A stretch of 63,856 nt of DNA, the filler included, from Platydemus manokwari (Eukaryota): NCBI GenBank assembly GCA_037951405.1. It is 6 parts of 6 records of this genome, joined end to end, with 100 filler letters (N's around TTAATTAATTAA, not from the genome) between each part and the next. Parts side by side here need not be neighbours in the genome. Positions count along the whole stretch, not along the records: positions 54,407 to 63,856 come from JBBMOY011248208.1; 5 more parts are not named here. One strand, written 5' to 3'. The translations under genes and the position numbers were made by a program. Positions 55,150-63,856 of the stretch are shown here, piece after piece; positions within the stretch are counted from its first letter, which is position 1; each line of letters opens with the position of its first letter. The notes below the pieces were generated by a model. It searched no databases. It saw nothing but the letters and a program-made list of their open reading frames with translations, and was not told the origin of the DNA.

Positions 55150-56040
55150 CATATTTGAATGAAAATGCGTGCTCACCATGTTATTTTTTCACTGTTTAAT
55201 TAATTACGGATTACAAGCTCTCAACGTTTGTGTTATGTATGACGCGGGCACTATAGTTGATAGATCCACTCGTGATTGGTGTGCCAGGTTCAAAATAGGA
55301 AATTTTGACTTCAAAGAACACCTCGTTTTGGTTTCAGTTGAGTAGCATGTAAAGCAATTTAATCAACTTTTGCAAACGACAACGCAACTTGTCGAAAAAA
55401 TATAATAATCGCGTAATACTATAATGAAGGATAAAAAATGCAAAAAGTTCCGATTCGGATGACATGGGTTTTCCATGCCCAAAATGAGAATAACAAAAAT
55501 ACACTGCGATTTCTTTATCGAATACTTACTGTTGATGAAACATGGTACCTGTAAGTCTATATCGAACAGAGCAAGGAATGGCTTAGAGCTACGAAGAACA
55601 AGTGACATAGCAAGGGAAAATCTTCATTCTATTAAACGATTTTGTGAATATGGTCGGACTAGTAAGGGATTAGTAATTGCGAAGTGTTCGGATTAAAACA
55701 AGCGGTCAATACGGAATTCTTTGTTTAATAGATGAAACGAATCAATGTGGCTATTTAAGTGATAAGAAATAATCACGTTGTGGATATTTTTTGTTTATCA
55801 ACAACGCTCACTTCTCATATCTCCAAAATGACGAAGAAAGCCATTAGAACTCATCAATAGGAAGTGCTGCAACACCCAAACTACCTTCTGGAGTAAACAT
55901 ATACTGATTACTATCTCATTAGATAATTTTAAAATGCCATACAAGGAGTTTCGTTCAATACTGAAACAGAGTTGAGAGCGATGAATTGAGAGAGTTAAAA
56001 CCGGGTGATTTCTAACAACAAGGAATGATAGATCATCGAT
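55150..56040 (+). mobile_element. Degenerate mariner transposase pseudogene
   Basis: CVMYDAGTIVDRSTRDWCARFKIGNFDFKE (HTH), RILTVDETWY (first Asp), NNAH, EVLQHPNY...TDYYLIR...GVSFN. Many stops and frameshifts. Confidence 0.85.
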
Positions 56041-58254
56041 TTATTGAAAATAAAATTCTTAAAAATTTTAAAAACGACAACAATTTAGTTTCCAATCCAA
56101 TGAATGAGTTCCAGTAATATGAAACGATATAATTTATAAATAAAGAGATATTTGCTGTTATGGTTTCCACTAATTAATTAACTCGATCAGAAACAAGAAT
56201 TGAGCTTTGGAATTGTTCTAATTTTAAATTTTAAATAAATAATTAATAACTGTGCAGCTCGAAAGAGTCTCATGAACAGATGGAGTTGTTCTAAATTTAA
56301 TCAACGATCTCTAATATCGATATTTACGAAAAAGAAAAAATCGTATTAGAGAAATGCAAGACGAAATATATCACAAATTATAAAGCAATCTGACTGTATG
56401 TGACAAGCATCATTATATTTTGAAATAAACCGATTTCCAAAATTACGCTTTCAAGACAACTATTGTCGATGAAAAATAAAAAAAGGGGAATCAAAAAAGA
56501 TGAATTTTTGTCATTTGTGTTTGTTAATCGTGATAAATATCATTTTGGTGTATTAAAGGGATCCGGGAGTTGAAACAGAATTGTTTCGATTAACATAATA
56601 AATACTTTTATTATCATTTACACAACAAGCTAATAACAAAAGTCGTTGACATTCTTTGTTTCCTTTCCTTCGATCTTTTTATCCGGCAAGTTTCGTGTTT
56701 CTTGAACTTCGTTTCATTGTTATCACAATTATTTTCCCTTAATACACAATGCTCTGACTAGGTGAATGTTTAGCGCTTTCAAGTTCCTTTCAAAAGTTCT
56801 TAGTTTTTTCCCCTACTAGCAGATTCTTCTTAGCATGTGTAGTTTTCTGAAAATAGATTGAGTTCTTTTAAAGACATTTTTGATATGATCAATATATTGA
56901 CTGGTCTCATCGAACTAAATGCAAAAATACCGCTTTAAATAACTTGATAATTTTTGAAGATTATGACAGACATTTGGGAGTAAATCATTTTTTCTCAAAG
57001 TCTAATTTTCATGTTTGTTGGATATTAATGAACTTTCATCAAACGATCAGTGACATCAATATTGAGCCAGTAGATATTGAGTCAACGTGGTACGAATAGA
57101 TTATGAAAAAACTTATCCATTAAATTGTGATTGTAAATCATAGAACATTCACAAAATCCTTCGTATTGATTATCAGAATCGGCCTAAATATGAATTTATA
57201 TTTTATTTCAATATTCAGGACAATTTGTCCTAATATCAGATTGTGATGAAATCAAGATACGAGATAAAAAAAAATAAGAACTCAAGGTTAACTGTTCGAC
57301 ATCATCTAATTCATTTCAAAGAATAAAAAACGGAAAACATTCTATTAATCTCTTCTGTCTGTTCAGGAAGTGAGTAAAAACAAGTAGCAATTTATTTGTA
57401 AATACTTTATTGTACGAATTATTTCTTCTACTACTGCACTGATTCGATATTGTTTTTTGTTTTATTCGTCAAAACAAAGCTCATTTAGAAAAATAAATTG
57501 AATCACTGAATGATGTTGTTTGTGAGACGAGAAAAAACAAACTCGAATTAAAACTTCAAGAAACAAATAAAAAACAACAACAACAACATTCCACCGAGCA
57601 AATATGAAACGAAAACAAATCCTGAACATGATTTTATTCACGGTTTGTGTGTGAGCGCACATTTTATAGATATTTGATTTTCAAAACAAAAACATGTTCT
57701 AAAGCCGATAAAATTTTTAATTAGAATTCTTTCGTTTTCGTTTTCTGATGTCTTATTCATTCAATATTTTTTCAAGGAAAATGTTTTATTTGTCTTCGAC
57801 AAGTTCTTTTATCATTCGAAATTGAAGAAAGAAGATTGATTTATATTTGTGTGTGAGAGATCCATCCTTAATTAACAAACGATGTTATTATATTTATTGT
57901 TACTTCGTGCAAAGAGATATGGTTAAAATTATCAGTAAATTGTTTCAAAAAACTATATTATTATTTCACAAGTTAAGTAGAATTATTAGGAAAATGAGAG
58001 AGATAAAATTATAATAGTCCTGGAATTTTGCAGATTGAACCACATAGAATTTTAAGAAGTAATAAGTTAGTAAGCTTATCTTGAACTCATTTTTCATTAA
58101 TCAATATCGGCTAGCATAATTTTAGAATTCGAAATGGCAGCTATTTCATTCAAATTCATCTATTTGAAAGACCAGGAGTCATTTTGTATGAAACTTGTTT
58201 ATAGTAAGACAAAATAACAAACAGGGACATTAGAAAAAACAAATATCTCAGTCT

Positions 58255-58967
58255 CAATCTGTCATATATTCTCCGCCACAATCGATTACTTCTTTCCACC
58301 TTTCTGGCAGTTTGTCAATCCCACATTTGAAGAAGCTTGGTGATTTTTGGTTGAAAAAATTTCGTCAACCCACGTTGTTATTGCTTCTTCATTTTCAAAT
58401 CTGAGACCAGAAATATGGTTCGACGTAAAGCGGAAAAGATGAATTTCGGGCGAATATGGAGAATGGGGAAGAACTGTCCATCCAAACTCTTCAATAGCCA
58501 ACTTTGTCATTGTGGCGACATGAGATCGAGTATTGTCATGCTGTAAAATTATCTGCTTCTTATTGGTCCTCATGATGAATCAATTGGTGCCAACAGTCTT
58601 CATCAAAGTCAATAGGCCGGACTGACCGAGGTTCATTGTTTAAATCAAAATTTCCACTGTTAAATTTCGAAAACCATTTTTATGTTGTTCGTTCACTACC
58701 TGCCTTTTCTCAATAAACGCAACAATTCATTCTGGTGACTGCTTCAGCGTTTAAATGTTGATTAAAATAGGATAGGAGTACATGTCGAAATGTTCATTTT
58801 TATCTACCTGACACTCCGTTTTAATGAGGTTAATGAAAGTGAAAGTTAGTCTAGAATGATTCAAATCGATAATTGAATAGCTGAATGTATAATTCAAATC
58901 AGTTAAAACAAGAAGTTGGTGTTTCTTTGCAACAAATAAAACCCCACGAATTTATGCACCAACCCGA
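58255..58967 (-). mobile_element. Internally deleted mariner element with one intact TIR
   Basis: TA + TCGGGTTGGTGCATAAATTCGTGG TIR at the right end. N-terminal ECQVDKNEHF..KWFSKFNSGNFDLNNEPRS is fused directly to LQHDNTRSH...VLPHSPYSPE...KLPERWKKVIDCGGEY. Confidence 0.9.
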
Positions 58968-59344
58968 TATGGGAAGTCAAAACAGATAAATTCTATTTTA
59001 TTTAATGAACTGAAACTAAAATTTAAAATTTTCAAACATCATAATTATTTAACTGAATCAGTTTTGAATCCATTATATTAGATTAATTTATCAAAAATAT
59101 TTCTCAACAAAAACACTGAAAAATTCTTCAGAAAAATGGTGAATTAATTGAAAATTGCAAAAACGGTGAAAATCATTTTCGCTTTTTATGTCAGCGATAT
59201 GAATGATGTGGTCTTTGTTTTGAAAATATTGTTATAAGATTGGATAGGGAAAATGATTATTAATAATAATTAATATTATTATATTTATAATTATATATAG
59301 ATCAATAATAATATATTTGGTATTATTATAAATAATAATATGAA

Positions 59345-59657
59345 NNNNNNNNNNNNNNNNNNNNNNNNNNNNNNNNNNNNNNNNNNNNNNNNNNNNNNNN
59401 NNNNNNNNNNNNNNNNNNNNNNNNNNNNNNNNNNNNNNNNNNNNNNNNNNNNNNNNNNNNNNNNNNNNNNNNNNNNNNNNNNNNNNNNNNNNNNNNNNNN
59501 NNNNNNNNNNNNNNNNNNNNNNNNNNNNNNNNNNNNNNNNNNNNNNNNNNNNNNNNNNNNNNNNNNNNNNNNNNNNNNNNNNNNNNNNNNNNNNNNNNNN
59601 NNNNNNNNNNNNNNNNNNNNNNNNNNNNNNNNNNNNNNNNNNNNNNNNNNNNNNNNN
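59345..59657. other. Scaffold gap (N run; second gap at 60124-60251)
   Basis: N runs of variable length without the linker 12-mer. Confidence 0.95.
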
Positions 59658-60541
59658 AATAAAAATAAAAAATCGGGTATAAAACTAAATCTGACTTCGT
59701 TTCAAAACTTAGTAAATGCTCTTTGGATATCTAACAGTGTCTTATTCGGTTGATTATATATAATCAATATTACGTTCTTTACTTTTTAATAAAATATATT
59801 TTTACTTTCCTTTAGAGTAACAGACCCCAGAAATCAAATTCTAAAGGCACTTTTCGCACTGAATTCATTCAGAGATCTCAATACAGACAGTGCGAATGTT
59901 GATTATATCGATCAATAGCTGATAAATCAATATTTTAGTGCTATGATGTGCTATTCGAATCTAGGAAAAACCGGATCCGATTACGATTGAAGTCAAGATG
60001 ATCACTTTTATTGACCAAATTTCTTATCGATTATCAATTTGAAATAAATATCAATTTTATAAAATCTATAAAGTTAATGTTTCTTTCAAATTAAGGCATT
60101 ATTATTACTACAACAACCACAATNNNNNNNNNNNNNNNNNNNNNNNNNNNNNNNNNNNNNNNNNNNNNNNNNNNNNNNNNNNNNNNNNNNNNNNNNNNNN
60201 NNNNNNNNNNNNNNNNNNNNNNNNNNNNNNNNNNNNNNNNNNNNNNNNNNNGAATATAAAAATTTACCTTTGAATAACACAATCCATCGCAAATGGATAT
60301 ATTTTGACACTTATTTTCAACCCCATTCACAGATTTAATTCCTTTATCATGTTATATCTATTCAACTATATTGTGCGAAATCTACTAAAGATTGTGGATA
60401 AAAATAATAAGCATTTATAGGAAGGAGAAAAAATCATCTGCAACAAAATTTTCCAAAAATGTTGACGAAATAATCTGTTAATTAATTAACATTTTTCATC
60501 ATGATCGAATATCTGAAATGACCTTTATATTTTCTGATTGT

Positions 60542-60607
60542 CACACCACAAACAGACACACTCACACTCACACACTCACACACTCACACACTCACACACA
60601 TATATAT
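60542..60607. repeat. CA/CACACACT microsatellite
   Basis: cacactcacactcacacactcacacactcacacactcacacacatatatat. Confidence 0.9.
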
Positions 60608-61141
60608 CATTTTAAAAGCCCATTATTAATTGGATTGATCAATAAATACTGTTAAACACAACCCTTCTACTTAAAAAAAATACGAATTGAAAACACGTCT
60701 AAGTATTTCAACACACAAATGTATATTTAATCAAAATATTTAAACAAATGACATTGATCATTTATATATTTTGAAATAAATATATTTTAAATTTAAAATT
60801 ATCAATTAAATATTAATTGATTTTAAAATTGTCATATTCGATCAATGAATAACAATTAAAATAGCCATTTCAGCTGATTGTGAATAGAAAACAAAAAACC
60901 AGATTTTCGCGAAAACCAATTATTATTTTATACGTTTTCGAATGGTCTTGGAAGAAACTTTGATCCATAAAATAAAAATTTAGATTGTTTTTATCTCTCA
61001 ATTAATTAAATTCATTCTGTGTCATCTTACGACAGAGATTTCGTTGAAATACAAAAGTAAAACAAGAAAATCAAATTTGGTTAGATAAAATTTGATCGAC
61101 GGTTGATCGATAATATGAATAAAAATCTATTATTAAATTAC

Positions 61142-63779
61142 CTAATAATTCGCTCAGCCCCCGTCCGGCAGAATAGAAATAGATCAGAACGCACAGTACA
61201 ATTAGAAATATGATGAATACCACAGCAGCGAGACAATATAGAATTATTATGTAATTGGAATTGTAGGGTTTGATTTTCGAATCTTCACCATAACCTTTAT
61301 CTGGTGATTTCTTCGATGCTTTACTGTCACCGTTGAGATACGTGTTCACATAGCCTTTTGTCGGTAAAATATAGCGCAAAATCAAACTACCAACTTCCGA
61401 TTGTGGTGTTTCTTCACTTTGATCTGAAGCTCGAACTAATATTCGATCAGATTGAGTGATTCGAAGACCTCTTGATTTGATTGATTCTCTCAAAATCACA
61501 CGACCATCTCTTTCAACGGTAACAGGACTAAGGGACTCATTTCCAACTAATTCAAACACCACGCTGCCATTCAATCCAAAATCATGATCGACTGCTTCAA
61601 GTTTGGCGAGTAAAAATCCGATTTCGCTGTCACTGCTGATATTAACATAACTACCGCTTGCACTTGATGGAAACAAGAATACGGGTTTATGATCGTTCAG
61701 ATCCATCAATGTTACTGTTACTGTTGTTAGGCTAGTCAAAGGAGGTTTCCCATGATCTCGAGCAACGATATCAATGAAAATCGTACTTTGTTCTTCACGA
61801 TCTAGAACACCGTAAAGAGAGAGTTTGCCGTTTTTACTAATCTGGGCATTAAACTTTTTAGTTTTTTCCACTTCAGGATTGTCAATATATGGGCTGGTTG
61901 CACCAATCGAATACCAAACAAGACCATTTTCGTCCAAATCATCATCAGTAGCCTCTATGAATCCGAGGTGACTATGAATTGCCATGTGGCCATAGCTTTC
62001 AACAACATTAAAGTGATAATTTTTCTTGAAATTCGGTTTGCAATCGTTTTCATCGTGGATTTTCACTCGAACAGACGACGAAGAGGATTTTGGATGATCA
62101 CCATTGTCTGCAGCTGTCACCGTAAAATTATACATGCTTCTCACTTCTCGATCGAATTTATCCTTTGAATATATAACCCCATATATGTTTATGGAGAAGA
62201 ATTTGTTCCCAATTTCGTCAAGGTAAAATTTAATTTTAGAATTTTCCTGAGAATCCTTATCGGGAGCTGACACTGTTCCGATTTCTGAACTACCGATCGA
62301 ATTCTCCATAATTTCAAATTCATAAAGCGACTTGGTAAAGATTGGTGGATTGTCGTTTTCATCTAGAATAATGACGCTGAATTCTTGGTAGCTCGTCAAT
62401 TGTGGGGAACCTTTGTCAATGCAAATGATTTGTACGGAATAATAATCAACCTTTTCCCTATCAAATGACTGTTTCCCATTCGTTTGGATTTGATATATCG
62501 TCACCATTCCCCGTTTGGGTTTTTCGTTTTTGGTTGATAAAGACCGGCTCATTACCTCTTTCAAATGTAAGTAAGTAGTATCATTCAAGTGGCAGGTAAA
62601 TTCACAATTCAATTCTAAATCCTCATCTTTCACTGTCAACAATGTCAGTATTTCCAGACCACGTTTGTTTTCTTTGATTTTTGCTGATCGACTGGTGATG
62701 GAAATTTGCGGTGCATTGTCGTTGCAATCGGTAATGGTTATTATGAGATCGGTCGTGTTTTGTAATCCACCTCCATCGACGACTTTAAGTGGAACGACTA
62801 GCTTTGATTCAGCCATTCCTTTCATAGCTCCATCAATCAATATGATATTGTTGCTCGATATATACAACAACCGTGATAGCTTCCTTGAGTTTCCAAATTT
62901 CGCCGAGTCGATTTTGAAATCTAATTTACTATTTAGAGTATTCGAATCGTCCGCATCGATCGCTTTGAGGTTGAATATTTCTCTGGTTGTCGTACATTCT
63001 TTGATTGTCAATTCATATGGTAATCCAATCCATTGTGGGCTGTTATCATTGATATCTTTGATATTGAGAATGATATTTACATGACCTCTCTTTCCTTCCG
63101 TATCTATAGCAACCAATGTGAAGCTGTATTTGTCTCTCAATTCGCGATCAAGCTTTTTATAGACAATTAATTGTGGCTGGATGATTTTCAATTCATTATC
63201 TTTGATTATTTTAAATTGAAAATGGCTTTCAAATTTTTCATTCACCGTTTCAGATGATTTGAAAACATTTTCAATAATATAATTATAAATTCCGAATTTC
63301 TGGCTATCTAAATCTGATGCTACTGGCAAATCAATTATATAACCAACTTGGACGTCTTCTAAAACGGATAGTTCGATTTCCTGTTTAGAAAACGTCGGTA
63401 CTTCATCATTCATATCAATTATAGAAAATGTCAACTCGAAAATATAGCTATTGTATGAAATAATTATTATGTGTGAGCAGTCATTTTCTTTTTGTTGGCA
63501 TAATTCCTCTCTATCGACAGAAGAAATGAGATGTAATGACCCTGTAGCGGAATTAAGTTGAATTAAGTTACGTAACCGAGTATTGCCAGAAATGATTGTG
63601 AATCTGTGTTTGGTTTCGTTTAAATAAGGGGGTAATTTATCCCTCAGATTTATCAATGCCGAATGAACCTGATCGTTTTCTTTCAATTGAATTTCGATAG
63701 AATTCGACGATTTTTCAGTTCGAGTAAATAAGATTCCAAAATTCAGAACGATTATTATGACAATAGATTTACAGTGAAT
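61142..63779 (-). CDS. Protocadherin, 7 extracellular cadherin repeats + TM in one large exon; candidate next exon 60341-60268
   Basis: Six DxND(N/E/C/H)xP linkers, repeated (L/F/V)DRE and AxDxG motifs, EC1 DREELC...C motif, TM IIILYCLAAVVFIIFLIVLCVLIYFY. Hydrophobic signal-like segment upstream of the annotated TTG. Likely CAG acceptor before 63779 and G|GTAATT donor after 61142. Confidence 0.93.
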
Positions 63780-63795
63780 CTGAATATTTAATGAA

Positions 63796-63801
63796 TTATT
63801 A

Positions 63802-63856
<55 letters not shown>
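63796..63856. repeat. (ATT)n trinucleotide microsatellite
   Basis: Near-perfect ATT repeat running to the window edge. Confidence 0.95.

Noticed and set aside
59340-60330. ORFs containing long X runs
   Set aside because: Artefacts of translating across N gaps.
61968-63084. + strand ORFs 61968-62168 and 62665-63084
   Set aside because: Antisense shadows of the protocadherin exon.

Overview
AT-rich, intron-containing animal genomic DNA. The ~50-60 nt introns, the gene set and the mariner load suggest a planarian-type flatworm, but that is inference. The window is not contiguous: it is six unrelated contigs joined by artificial 44N-TTAATTAATTAA-44N spacers, plus two ordinary N gaps. Host genes reconstructed by hand from splice sites are the 3' part of ODF2/cenexin (+, 5 exons), a compact two-exon castor-type zinc-finger gene with a PLDLS motif (-), four internal exons of SERAC1 (-), a 7-repeat protocadherin whose ectodomain lies in one large exon (-), and an unidentified spliced fragment downstream of ODF2 (-). 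Mobile DNA includes three decayed mariner copies, piggyBac, hAT and Tc1-type MITEs, a hAT transposase remnant, a Helitron-like end and several LTRs. The most notable accessory signals are three: (i) a decayed Polinton/adintovirus-like major capsid gene next to a pX-like GGF gene, neither of which appears in the ORF track; (ii) a palindrome-cored ~85-bp tandem array in front of a virus-like 183-aa ORF; (iii) two diverged LTRs of one family that share MEF2-consensus sites and a conserved two-hairpin element.
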